Source of the DNA: Luteolibacter sp.
Lineage (GTDB): Bacteria > Verrucomicrobiota > Verrucomicrobiia > Verrucomicrobiales > Akkermansiaceae
Direction: 5' to 3'
NCBI GenBank assembly: GCA_044354135.1
Contig: JBILAN010000006.1
Coordinates: forward strand, 1,887-65,886
Length of the DNA: 64,000 nt
The notes under the pieces were generated by a model, which searched no databases, was not told where the DNA came from, and was given only the letters and a program-made list of their open reading frames with translations. The translations under genes and the position numbers were made by a program. Of this stretch, positions 1 through 9,014 are shown in pieces (position 1 is the stretch's first letter; each line of letters starts with the position of its first letter).

Positions 1-2130
1 GACGTGATCCGTCGCGAGATCGATATGGGCTTGGACGATCCCGATAACGCATCCACCCGATTACTGCTATCTACTGCATTTACCGTAGATGCGCGACGCC
101 ATCCGGTCATCGGCCACCGCCATTTGTTCGACGAAATTTTCTACGCAGATCTGAAAAACTACCATCGCGACCGCTACACCCCGGATCGAATCCACATCGT
201 GATCTCAGGCGATTTCGATCCCGCTCTCGCCACGGAGCTGGTCACTTCTCTAACAGCTGACTGCCGCATCGTTTCCGGTCCAGAGCCGCACATCCAGCGC
301 GATCCCCAACAACTCGGACCACGGGAAGATTTCGAAAGCTTTGAAATCCCCACCAGCCGCCTATGTTTGTCATGGAAAACTCCCGCCCTCGGTCATCCCG
401 ATGTTCCCGCCTACGATCTTCTCGCCGCAATTCTCGGGCGAGGTCGATCCTCCAGGCTCCATCGCCGTTTACGTAATGAAAAGGAGCTCGCGCTAGAGAT
501 TTCCGCTTGGACATGGACCGGCCCGAATGAAGAAGGCTTATTCGCCATTTCAGCGGAAGCCCAACCCGAACATCGCGATCAACTTAAAACCGAAATTCTA
601 ACCGAACTTCACGCCGTTCAAGCATCGGCTTTGGATGATGAAATTGAAAAAGCCAAACGCCAGATCGCGACCTCACAATTCCGCAATCTCACCAGCGCAT
701 CAGGACGTGCCTCGGATCTCGCATCAAACTGGCACGAGGCACGCGATCTCAATTTCACTCGCACCCACCTGGCGGAAATCCAATCCGTTACCGCAGCAGA
801 TATCCGCCGCGTCTGCAAAAACCTAACAGAAAATTTACTCACTTTTACCTCACTCGATCCGAAAGATTTCCGCGCGAAGTCTACGAGCCAGAAAACCGCA
901 CATACCGAGTATGGGATCACCACGCACACCATAGCGAATGGCGTTCGCATCGCCCTCCTGCAAGATCGCCGCGTGCCGCTCATCCATTTCCAAGCCGCCA
1001 TCGGTGCGGGTTTGGCATCGGAAATCCTTGAAAACAACGGGCTCAATCAACTTTTTTCAACCACGCTCATCAAAGGAACCACCTCGCGCTCAGCTGATGA
1101 CATCGCACTTAGTTTGGAGAGCCTCGGCGCATCCATTTCATCCTCCGCTGGCAACAACGCCCTGCTGCTCCAAGCCGGTGGCTTGGCGGTGGATTCACCC
1201 ATTATCGTGGAGATATTCTCAGATGTTCTCTTAAATCCCACATTTCCGGAAGATGCCATCGCTCCCGAAAAAGCCTCCCAGCTCGCCGCCATCGAAGAAG
1301 CACAGACGGATCCCCTCCATGCCTGTTTCGCACAACTCCGCCGCATCCACTTCTCTGGAAAAGGCTACGGCTTGGACTCACTGGGTAGTGTTGTTTCTCT
1401 AACAAAAATTGATAGGCAAACCCTCGTCGCTCATCATGCAGCTCATTTCCACGCCGCCAACCTCACACTCGCCATCGCGGGCGATTTTGATCCACAGGAA
1501 ATGATCGATTTGTTAGAAAAACATCTCGGCAGGCTTCCGACCGGCTCGCCATGGAAAGCGCCCGCCTCGGAAGTTGTAGCTGGAAAAATTTCCGAGATGA
1601 CCCTGCCGAAAAAACAAGCCGTGCTTTCCATCGCCTATCCGGGCAGTGATATTAGCGGTCCGCATCGCCATGCGTTGGGTTTTCTCCAAGAATACGCCTC
1701 CGACATGGCAGGCCCCTTGTTTGGACGCATCCGCGAGGAACTCGGCCTCGCCTACCGCGTCGGTGCCAGCCAATTCCTCGGCTATGACACCGGCCTGTTC
1801 TTCTTCTACCTCGCCACATCACCCGAGCAAATCGATCTCGCGCGCAACGAACTCGAAAAGGAAATCCAAAAGATCGCAGAAAACGGCATCCCCGACGAAG
1901 CCTTCGAACGGGTCCGCTCCACCGTCCTCTCCGGTGCCGCCATCCAACAACAATCCCCATCCTCCAACGCCCGCCACGCGGCCCTTAACCTCCTCTTTGG
2001 CCACCCCGCAGATACCCACCGCACTCTTCCTCAAATCTATTCAAGTATGAGTGCGGAGCAGGTGAGGGAAACGGCGAAGGCCCTTTTCAGCGTCAAGCCA
2101 ACGACCTCACTTGTGCTAGGGATACCGTAG
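1..2130 (+). CDS. M16 (pitrilysin/insulinase) family zinc protease, 5'-truncated by window start
   Basis: Frame open from base 1. Repeated M16 domain motifs (YHRDRYTPDRIHIVISGDFD, LGRGRSSRLHRRLR, LAIAGDFD, LFGRIREELGLAY). Confidence 0.85.
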   Translation, partial: DVIRREIDMGLDDPDNASTRLLLSTAFTVDARRHPVIGHRHLFDEIFYADLKNYHRDRYTPDRIHIVISGDFDPALATELVTSLTADCRIVSGPEPHIQRDPQQLGPREDFESFEIPTSRLCLSWKTPALGHPDVPAYDLLAAILGRGRSSRLHRRLRNEKELALEISAWTWTGPNEEGLFAISAEAQPEHRDQLKTEILTELHAVQASALDDEIEKAKRQIATSQFRNLTSASGRASDLASNWHEARDLNFTRTHLAEIQSVTAADIRRVCKNLTENLLTFTSLDPKDFRAKSTSQKTAHTEYGITTHTIANGVRIALLQDRRVPLIHFQAAIGAGLASEILENNGLNQLFSTTLIKGTTSRSADDIALSLESLGASISSSAGNNALLLQAGGLAVDSPIIVEIFSDVLLNPTFPEDAIAPEKASQLAAIEEAQTDPLHACFAQLRRIHFSGKGYGLDSLGSVVSLTKIDRQTLVAHHAAHFHAANLTLAIAGDFDPQEMIDLLEKHLGRLPTGSPWKAPASEVVAGKISEMTLPKKQAVLSIAYPGSDISGPHRHALGFLQEYASDMAGPLFGRIREELGLAYRVGASQFLGYDTGLFFFYLATSPEQIDLARNELEKEIQKIAENGIPDEAFERVRSTVLSGAAIQQQSPSSNARHAALNLLFGHPADTHRTLPQIYSSMSAEQVRETAKALFSVKPTTSLVLGIP

Positions 2131-2147
2131 CTGCGGTGTCCCGCAGC
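2127..2147 (+). repeat. REP-like unit: GTAG followed by hairpin GCTGCGG-TGTC-CCGCAGC
   Basis: GTAG foot plus a short GC hairpin overlapping the stop codon of the M16 gene. Confidence 0.4.
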
Positions 2148-2153
2148 ACCATC

Positions 2154-2203
2154 AAAAAGGTAGCAACTATATTCCGCATGCGGAATATAGTTGCTACCTT
2201 TTT
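2154..2203. repeat. Perfect 50-bp palindrome between convergent genes (REPIN-like; probable bidirectional terminator)
   Basis: AAAAAGGTAGCAACTATATTCCGCA|TGCGGAATATAGTTGCTACCTTTTT is its own reverse complement, with A/T runs at both ends. Confidence 0.85.
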
Positions 2204-2236
2204 TGAAAAAGCGCTTCATGCATATTCTCTTGTGTC

Positions 2237-2863
2237 TTATGTCTCCGAGTCTTCTGTCTTGATGCACCGAATCCGATACATCGATTTTCCTTCCGCTTCC
2301 CATTGGATTTGGAAATCGGTTTTTGGATAGAAGAATGAATCATCATCCCAAGGGAGGATTTCGAACAAGCTGCTGCTATGGATTTGTTCGCAGGCGTATT
2401 CGAAATATTCCTCGTGATCGGTCATGAAAAGAAATTCGCCACCCGGCAATAACGCGGTTTTTACGGCTCCTAAAAAAGGCACCTGCACGAGGCGCCGCCG
2501 ATGATGTTTGAACTTCGGCCACGGATCAGGACAGAGTAGGTGGATGCGTGAAACGGATGATTCGGGTAACAACCACTCGACCACATACTTCGAGTCTAAT
2601 CGAAGAATTTTCGCGTTATCCAAATCCGCACGTTTGATTTTTTTTGCGACTTTTTTGCATCGACCTAACAGGCGCTCGACCCCGATGAAGTCGCGTTCGG
2701 GATAGTGTTTGGCAAGGTTGATAAGAAACGATCCATCCCCGCAGCCGAGGTCGATTTCGAGATGCCGGTCAGCGCGTAGAAGTTCATTCCGTTCCAATCG
2801 CTTGAAATAGTGAGGAGGAACAAATTCCTTCTCAGAAATCGGAGTGCGGGTGAGGGTGTTCAT
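2237..2863 (-). CDS. trmB: tRNA (guanine-N7)-methyltransferase
   Basis: LEIDLGCGDGSF, FIGVE, PDPWPKFKHHRRR, TDHEEY, T.F..W motifs. Confidence 0.93.
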   Translation of the reverse strand: MNTLTRTPISEKEFVPPHYFKRLERNELLRADRHLEIDLGCGDGSFLINLAKHYPERDFIGVERLLGRCKKVAKKIKRADLDNAKILRLDSKYVVEWLLPESSVSRIHLLCPDPWPKFKHHRRRLVQVPFLGAVKTALLPGGEFLFMTDHEEYFEYACEQIHSSSLFEILPWDDDSFFYPKTDFQIQWEAEGKSMYRIRCIKTEDSET

Positions 2864-2868
2864 GCAAG

Positions 2869-2899
2869 AAGTTTCAAGTTTAAAAATTCAAATTTCAAG
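2869..2899. repeat. Degenerate heptamer tandem array (AAGTTTC/AAGTTTA/AAAATTC/AAATTTC)
   Basis: Period-7 repeat directly upstream of the trmB start. Confidence 0.6.
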
Positions 2900-2908
2900 G
2901 AAGGAGTC

Positions 2909-3186
2909 TTAGACTGGTTGCCAAAAATCTTTGCCGAAACGGGAAGATTATTAGGTTAGGAAAAATGCCGCCTTGCGGAAAATAGGTTTGGAGTTCCGGC
3001 CTGTAAACCGTGCTTCCGTCGTTACTCCTCAGTTGCGGATGTTCATTTGTCTACGCTACGCTCCGACCAAGCGGAATGCGTCCCTTGAGGGGACGAGGAA
3101 GGATTAGCTTTGCGCCTTCGTCGCGCCTAGGAATCACGGCTTACAGACTCGGCCGTTTCGGCAAATATTTTTGGCAAACAGTCTAA
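2909..3186. mobile_element. MITE-like non-autonomous element, 278 bp, 34-bp terminal inverted repeats
   Basis: 2909-2942 TTAGACTGGTTGCCAAAAATCTTTGCCGAAACGG versus the reverse complement of 3153-3186, TTAGACTGTTTGCCAAAAATATTTGCCGAAACGG (32/34). No ORF inside. Internal 17-bp IR at 3001-3017/3130-3146. Confidence 0.8.
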
Positions 3187-3262
3187 AGTCGAAGGTCTTA
3201 GGTTCATTTGCAATCGCACCAGCGATTCTGATTGCGACTTTCAGACTTTAAGACTTTCGACT
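3181..3262. repeat. Inverted 7/8-mer arrays (AAGTC.../GACTT...) around a short spacer, copy A
   Basis: GTCTAAA GTCGAAG GTCTTAG ... GCGACTTTCAGACTTTAAGACTTTCGAC. The right arm encodes the last codons and stop of tag. Confidence 0.65.
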
Positions 3263-3793
3263 CTTCCAACACCCTGCCGCATGATCATCGACCATGCCGG
3301 TGGCTTGCATGAAGGCGTAGGCAATGGTTGAACCGACGAAGTTGAAACCAGCTATTTTGAGAGCTTTGCTGAGGGCGTCCGACTCCCGGGTTTTTACGGC
3401 GTAATCCGCCATGGTGCGCGCACGCTTTTTCTTTTTATTAGGAGCGAAACTCCACAGCCACTCGACTGGATTCTCCAGCGCGAGCCAGGCACGGGCATTG
3501 TCGCGGACGGAAAAGATTTTTCCGCGATGGCGAATAATACCGGCATCTGTGACGATCTTTTCCAGTTGTTTATCCGTCATCTTTACGACCTTTTTTGGAA
3601 CGAAGTTGTGAAAAACTTCGCGATACCGCTCGCGCTTCTGCAACACCGTCCACCATGACAAGCCTGCTTGCGCGCCCTCGAGGCAAATCATCTCAAAGAG
3701 GTAACGCGGATCATGTGAAGCAACACCCCACTCTTCGTCGTGATATTTGACGTAGAGCGGTTTATCGGGCGGAAGCCAAGGGCAGCGGGTCAT
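3248..3793 (-). CDS. tag: DNA-3-methyladenine glycosylase I
   Basis: RCPW...YHDEEWG, LEGAQAGLSW.T.L.KR, IIRHRGKI, GFNFVGST..YAFMQATG.VDDH...C. Confidence 0.95.
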   Translation of the reverse strand: MTRCPWLPPDKPLYVKYHDEEWGVASHDPRYLFEMICLEGAQAGLSWWTVLQKRERYREVFHNFVPKKVVKMTDKQLEKIVTDAGIIRHRGKIFSVRDNARAWLALENPVEWLWSFAPNKKKKRARTMADYAVKTRESDALSKALKIAGFNFVGSTIAYAFMQATGMVDDHAAGCWKSRKS

Positions 3794-3804
3794 GGGTAAA
3801 CTTT

Positions 3805-3914
3805 AAGTTGAGAAGTCAAAAGTCGGAAAGTCGAAAGTCTGAAGGTCATCATGACCCCTACCGCACCAGCGGTTCTAGCTGAGACTTGCGACTTTTAGAC
3901 CTTAGACTGGTTGC
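3805..3914. repeat. Inverted 7/8-mer arrays (AAGTC/GACTT) around a short spacer, copy B
   Basis: AAGTC at 3813, 3820, 3828, 3835; GACTT/GACCT at 3883, 3890, 3898. The spacer shares CGCACCAGCG(A/G)TTCT with copy A. Confidence 0.7.
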
Positions 3915-3937
3915 TTCATATAAAACGAATCATCATT

Positions 3938-6181
3938 TTACTCACGCTTCAACGTGAATAAGCTCTGATCCAGAAAGCCTCGAATCATTAGTCGCTCTTT
4001 TTCGACGGTAAGCGTCAGTCCGCCGGCTTGTTGGCGGTCGATGATTTTTATAGAGGAGTTGCGTAAACGTCTAATTTGTTCGAGGCGTGGGGCGTCCATT
4101 TTGCTGCCAGCGAGACGCGGGATGATGATGGCTTGGGGGCTGACGGCATCAATGAATGGTTTTGTCAGGCTGAAATCGCTTTGATGCAGGCCAGCTATGA
4201 TGAGATCGGCTTTGAGATTCATCCTGCTCTGCAGCAATGCTTGTTCGCTCAAGCGCCCAGCATCGCCTAGCCAAAGAATTTTCCAACCTTGCCAATGAAG
4301 CATGAAAATGAGGCATTGATCATCGGCTATTGAGCCTATCACTCGATCATGTGGTGAAAGTAGAACTTCGGCATTCACACCTTTACTTAACTCTATGATA
4401 CTTCCGCGATGAGGTTTGATTAGGCAGATGTTCGCTTCGATTTTTTCCCAATCCTTGGCGACGGATTTATGAGCGTGTGGCATCCCGAGCACGACCTGAC
4501 GGATGGGAAACATTTCTCGCATCAGTTCCGGTGGCGCGATGTGTGAGGCATCCGCGTGAGTGAAAATAATCGAATCTGGACGCATTCCGAGTCGGTTGAG
4601 CGAGCTACCGACAGTTCTTTCCAGACCAAATTTTCCGCCGGCATCGATTATGACGGAATTGCCCTGCGTTGAGGTGAAGCAAGCAGCTTCAGCGCCGTAA
4701 TCGAGATCGTAGATGGTTAGTGTGTCTTGTCTTGGCGTGTTGGTTGTAGCCCATGCACCGGGGATAGCAGCGAATGTCTCCGCACTCCATACGCAAGAGT
4801 CTGCAACTATGGCGTTGTTGCGGTTGAGAAATTCCGCTCCTCCGCGCCAAACCGGATAAATCAAGGCGGATGCCAGTGAAACGGATAAAAGAACGAAAAC
4901 CTGAAATACTAGAAATACCGTAGCAATCAAGGAAACCGGAGTAATGATTCCAAAGTGAAACATCGCCAAAGGAGTGGATCCCACGGAGGCAGCAAGTGAA
5001 ACCGCAAGGCTGTTTGCCAAGTATTCGCGAAATACCAGCAACTTGGATTGCAGCCAGGTCAACTCACTGTGCGGTAAAAGTTCTTCTTTCTCCGCGATCC
5101 AATCAAAACAGCGGCGTGCGAGGGCCGTTCCAATACCTATCGCAGCGACCACGCCATAGGAAAGTTGCACGCCGGGAAATCGAATAATCCCAGGATTCCA
5201 CAGCATGGCAAATAGCAGGACGGCACCGAGCGAGTTAAGGAGATCGGGACGCCGGCGAAAAATGAACGCCCCAAGAAAAACGGCGCTCATCCAAGCCGCA
5301 CGCAAGGCCGCGGGTCCGTTTCCGGTTAGCCATACATAACCGAACATCGCGAAAATGATGACAGGAATTGCCCAACGACGCGGGCATCTGAGAAGGCTGA
5401 GGAATCCCCAAAGAATTCCCCCAACCATGGTGACGTGGAGACCGCTTACAGAAAAAATATGCAGAGTTCCGCTTTCAAAAAAGGCTCGGATTAGACCAAG
5501 TGAATCTGGTGATTTTTCACCAATCACGACTGCGCGTATGACTTTGGCGGCGGTGCTGTTCGGATCGATCCCAGCTACGATACTCTCTCGGAATAAGGTT
5601 TTAAAGTCGGCTTTCATCCTAGAAATCCGGCTTATCCAGCGTTGATCGCGCATTTCGCTGGCGAGAAAGGAGCCGATGATTCCCTCGTTACGCATCATCG
5701 CCATCCGATCCTGCGTGCCTGGATTGCGCGAGGGCTCGAGTGGTTTAAAAACTCCATGTGAAATTAGTTCGGTCCCGGCTGGTGGAGGTTCGCCAGCGCC
5801 TAGCCATTGAACTTTCACATCTGATAAATTCACCCGACGCACCAACGCGGTTGCGCGCCAACGATGATTTTCTCCTTTGGCATCTTCTAATAATCGCGCT
5901 TCGATGCGCTGGGGTTTTTGGTCAGCAAGCCATGCTTCGCCGGACTTTTGATGTGCATCTCGTACATGAGCGTTGGTGAGAATGCACGCGGATATAGCGA
6001 AGCTCACAAGCGCAATCCGCCAATGGATTAACCAAGCGTAAAGCAATGTAAATCCAACTGCCGCAGACCATGCAAAACCGAAGTGAATATTTTCTAACAA
6101 AATAATCACGACGCATCCAGCAGCGATGACAAACAACGACCGCTTAGTCCAGAAGTGGAAAAATTTTCCTGCGGGATTCAA
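3938..6181 (-). CDS. comEC: ComEC/Rec2 family competence protein with C-terminal metallo-beta-lactamase-like domain
   Basis: GTLHIFSVSGLHV, ALRAAWM, QLSY, IDAGG, FTHADASH, LWLGDAG motifs. Confidence 0.9.
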   Translation of the reverse strand: MNPAGKFFHFWTKRSLFVIAAGCVVIILLENIHFGFAWSAAVGFTLLYAWLIHWRIALVSFAISACILTNAHVRDAHQKSGEAWLADQKPQRIEARLLEDAKGENHRWRATALVRRVNLSDVKVQWLGAGEPPPAGTELISHGVFKPLEPSRNPGTQDRMAMMRNEGIIGSFLASEMRDQRWISRISRMKADFKTLFRESIVAGIDPNSTAAKVIRAVVIGEKSPDSLGLIRAFFESGTLHIFSVSGLHVTMVGGILWGFLSLLRCPRRWAIPVIIFAMFGYVWLTGNGPAALRAAWMSAVFLGAFIFRRRPDLLNSLGAVLLFAMLWNPGIIRFPGVQLSYGVVAAIGIGTALARRCFDWIAEKEELLPHSELTWLQSKLLVFREYLANSLAVSLAASVGSTPLAMFHFGIITPVSLIATVFLVFQVFVLLSVSLASALIYPVWRGGAEFLNRNNAIVADSCVWSAETFAAIPGAWATTNTPRQDTLTIYDLDYGAEAACFTSTQGNSVIIDAGGKFGLERTVGSSLNRLGMRPDSIIFTHADASHIAPPELMREMFPIRQVVLGMPHAHKSVAKDWEKIEANICLIKPHRGSIIELSKGVNAEVLLSPHDRVIGSIADDQCLIFMLHWQGWKILWLGDAGRLSEQALLQSRMNLKADLIIAGLHQSDFSLTKPFIDAVSPQAIIIPRLAGSKMDAPRLEQIRRLRNSSIKIIDRQQAGGLTLTVEKERLMIRGFLDQSLFTLKRE

Positions 6182-6184
6182 TTG

Positions 6185-6312
6185 GGGGAGTGGGGGTAGG
6201 GGAGTGGTTAATTCAAATCAGGAATTGGAAATCATCAATCCTCAATCAAAACGAGGAACTAGGTGTGCCTCTTACAGAATGGATTTAGGATTGATAATTC
6301 GGATGAGAAGAT
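6185..6312. repeat. Heptamer arrays: G-rich GGGGAGT array, then an inverted pair (nnnAATC) / (nnnnATT)
   Basis: GGGGAGT GGGGGTA GGGGAGT (6185-6205); TCAAATC AGGAATT GGAAATC ATCAATC CTCAATC (6213-6247); ATGGATT TAGGATT GATAATT CGGATGA GAAGATT (6278-6312). Confidence 0.65.
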
Positions 6313-6321
6313 TCTAACGAA

Positions 6322-7020
6322 TCAGGTATCATGTATTTGCTCATCCAATTCGAGGATCTTGGTTCGAGCGTTTGCGGAGTGGCGGGTTTCCGGGAAGAGC
6401 TCGATGACTTGATCTAGGATTGTCCTTGCGTTTGCGTGGTCATGGAAATCCTCTTGGTAAATCTCTGCCAAGCGGAACATGAGAAAGGCGACGTCGTCGA
6501 TTTCCCAATTTTGACTTTCGATAGCCTCACGCAATGTTGCGATTGCGGCTGGTGGGTTTTCTTGGTGATGCCTCTGGATCTTGGCGATCTCTGTCCATGT
6601 CATGCGGTTGCTCGGATCTTTTGTCGCCACGATTTTGAATGATTCTATCGCACTGTCCCAATCGCCTTGTGCCATCAGAACGCGTGCATCGTGTAATGGA
6701 TCTACCTCGGCTTTTTCGTTATTTTCATATACCGCAGACGAGACTTTATTTGCCAGCAGCGGTAGGATCTGTGTGGCAAAGACGATGCCGGCTAAGCCTG
6801 CGCTCAGAAAGGTGAGCAGAATCCCCGAGAAAATCCGCTCTCCCTCCATTCCATTGAGTTTGTTTTGTAACTTACGCGCCTCTTCCTCGGTCTCAGTATC
6901 ATAGCGTAGTCTCTCAATATCTGCTCTCATTTTTTCAGCATCATTTCCAGATTGGTCAAATTTATACCAGCTCACTGCAACCAGCAGAGTTAATACAGCG
7001 ATGGCAATGTATTTTAACAT
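6322..7020 (-). CDS. Membrane-anchored tetratricopeptide repeat protein
   Basis: Two N-terminal TM segments followed by TPR-like helices. ATG at 7020 preferred over the TTG at 7041. Confidence 0.65.
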   Translation of the reverse strand: MLKYIAIAVLTLLVAVSWYKFDQSGNDAEKMRADIERLRYDTETEEEARKLQNKLNGMEGERIFSGILLTFLSAGLAGIVFATQILPLLANKVSSAVYENNEKAEVDPLHDARVLMAQGDWDSAIESFKIVATKDPSNRMTWTEIAKIQRHHQENPPAAIATLREAIESQNWEIDDVAFLMFRLAEIYQEDFHDHANARTILDQVIELFPETRHSANARTKILELDEQIHDT

Positions 7021-7063
7021 AGGTAAAATTTTGAATAACAAAAATTTAAATTAAAGCCGTAAG

Positions 7064-7849
7064 TTAGTCTTTTAAATGCTCAGTGCAATATTCTTTTCCA
7101 TCTGAGGCCATGCGGAACTCCAATTCGGGATTGCTCTGTTCAGTGCGGTCGCATTCGGCGCAGCGGTGAAACGCATTTCCATTTATGCTGGTGTCATTTT
7201 GAAATTTTCTGCGTCGTTGTCCAGCGGCGACAACTCGTGCCTGGCCGCGCAGCGCGGGGATGCCGGCCCAGAGGAAGTAATTGGCTAGGGCCAAGAGCAC
7301 GTAACCCAAGAATGAGAAATCATTGATCACTTGGATCAAGATGAACACTCCAGATAACATAGCGAGCCAGCGAATCTGGACGGGGATGATGAAAAACAAC
7401 AAAAACTCCAATTTTGGAAATAAGGTCGCGAAAGCGAAGAATGCGGAAATGTAGATGTATATGCCATTTCCTGTTAGGTTTCCGGGATAGAGAAAATTTG
7501 CAATCACGAGCCCGATGTAGCCGACGTAATAAAATAAGCTGGCGCGGAATACACCCCAGGCATCTTCGAGAGCATCGTTTATCATGAAGGAAATCATCAC
7601 CATGAAAAACATAAAAAGCGCACCAAAGGCATCCAGCCCGCCGATACCGCTGCTTGCGAATAAAAACGTCACCAAACGCCAGACCTCGCCGGTGAGAATT
7701 TTATCACGATCAAAATCCAAAACCTGACCAATGGTTGGGCTGACAATTTGCAGCAGATAAACCATCACGTGAAAAATCGCATAATACCGCAGGAATCCCG
7801 GAAAGGAGATCCAGCCAAATTTTCTTTCCCATTTACCAAGAAATTGCAT
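7064..7849 (-). CDS. Rhomboid-like integral membrane protein with C-terminal Cys/His zinc-binding tail
   Basis: GEVWRLVTFLF, multiple TM helices, FFIIPVQIRWLA, HRCAEC...YCTEH. Confidence 0.6.
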   Translation of the reverse strand: MQFLGKWERKFGWISFPGFLRYYAIFHVMVYLLQIVSPTIGQVLDFDRDKILTGEVWRLVTFLFASSGIGGLDAFGALFMFFMVMISFMINDALEDAWGVFRASLFYYVGYIGLVIANFLYPGNLTGNGIYIYISAFFAFATLFPKLEFLLFFIIPVQIRWLAMLSGVFILIQVINDFSFLGYVLLALANYFLWAGIPALRGQARVVAAGQRRRKFQNDTSINGNAFHRCAECDRTEQSNPELEFRMASDGKEYCTEHLKD

Positions 7850-7913
7850 CGCCGAGACAGTTGCCCAGCTTCGCCTGATTGACAAGCCCCTCTCTCAAGG
7901 ACATTTTCCCTGT

Positions 7914-9014
7914 GTGTCCGAAAAAGTCCTGCATTCACCGCTAGAATCCGCCCACCTCGCGCTTGGCGCAAAACTCATCCCCTTCGGCGGTTGGGCGATG
8001 CCGGTGCAATACACTTCAATTCTTAACGAACACGCCGCTGTTCGCGAAAAAGTTGGAGTGTTTGATATTTCCCATATGGGCCAGGTTTTCGTGACCGGAG
8101 AAAATCACCTCGCGTGGTTAGACCGTATGTTGACGAACAATCTCTCCAAACTCCAGCCCGGTGAAGGTCAATACACGATCATGCTCAATGAAAAAGGTGG
8201 GGTGATCGATGACCTCATCGCCTATCGAATTTCCGCAGATGAGACCTTCTTAGTCATCAACGCATCGATGATACCCGAGGATGTCGCATGGATGGAGCAA
8301 CATCTCGAAGGGGGCGTGAGCTTGCGCAACGAATCGGATGCATGGGCGGGGCTCGCCATCCAAGGGCCGGATTCTTCAGCAACGTTTGAAAAACTTTTCC
8401 CCAACGAAACCCTGCCGCCGCGCAATGGGATTTCGAAAACCGCTAGTGGAGAAATTGTCTGTCGCACAGGATATACTGGAGAAGACGGCTATGAGTTCTT
8501 CTGTCCCGCGGCTCAAGGCATTCATTTCTTCAACGCCTTTATCGATGCCGGCGCCACGCCATGCGGTCTCGGCGCGCGCGATACGCTGCGTTTGGAAATG
8601 TGCTATCCGCTCAACGGCAACGACCTTTCTCCCGAACGCACACCCATCGAGGCCGGGCTGGGTTACTTCTGTGATCTGGAGAAGCCGGACTTCATCGGCA
8701 GGGAGGTTGTCATCGCTCAAAAACAAAACGGCCCATCAACCAAACTCACCGCCATCGAGCTCACGGAAAAAGGCCCGCCACCACGCGCGCACTACGCCGT
8801 CCTTAACAGCGCAGGTGAAACCATCGCCGAGCTTTCCAGCGGTGTGCTTTCCCCGTCTCTAGGCATTGGAATTGCCATGGCTTACCTGCCTGCCGCCAAC
8901 GCAAAAATCGGCACGCCTCTCAAGATCGATGTAAGGGGTCGACAATTTGCTGCCATTACCGTGAAAAAACCCTTTCTTAAATTCACTCAATCATCCAAAA
9001 AACCATCCGCATGA
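7914..9014 (+). CDS. gcvT: Glycine cleavage system aminomethyltransferase T
   Basis: FGGWAMPVQY, GVFDISHMG, RTGYTGEDGYE, GLGARDTLRLE. Confidence 0.96.
   Translation: MSEKVLHSPLESAHLALGAKLIPFGGWAMPVQYTSILNEHAAVREKVGVFDISHMGQVFVTGENHLAWLDRMLTNNLSKLQPGEGQYTIMLNEKGGVIDDLIAYRISADETFLVINASMIPEDVAWMEQHLEGGVSLRNESDAWAGLAIQGPDSSATFEKLFPNETLPPRNGISKTASGEIVCRTGYTGEDGYEFFCPAAQGIHFFNAFIDAGATPCGLGARDTLRLEMCYPLNGNDLSPERTPIEAGLGYFCDLEKPDFIGREVVIAQKQNGPSTKLTAIELTEKGPPPRAHYAVLNSAGETIAELSSGVLSPSLGIGIAMAYLPAANAKIGTPLKIDVRGRQFAAITVKKPFLKFTQSSKKPSA

Noticed and set aside
6184-6207. G-quadruplex before comEC
   Set aside because: Only three long G-runs plus GG. Better explained as a period-7 array.
7886-7913. Glycine riboswitch upstream of gcvT
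   Set aside because: The intergenic space to the divergent gene is too short and no aptamer motif is visible.
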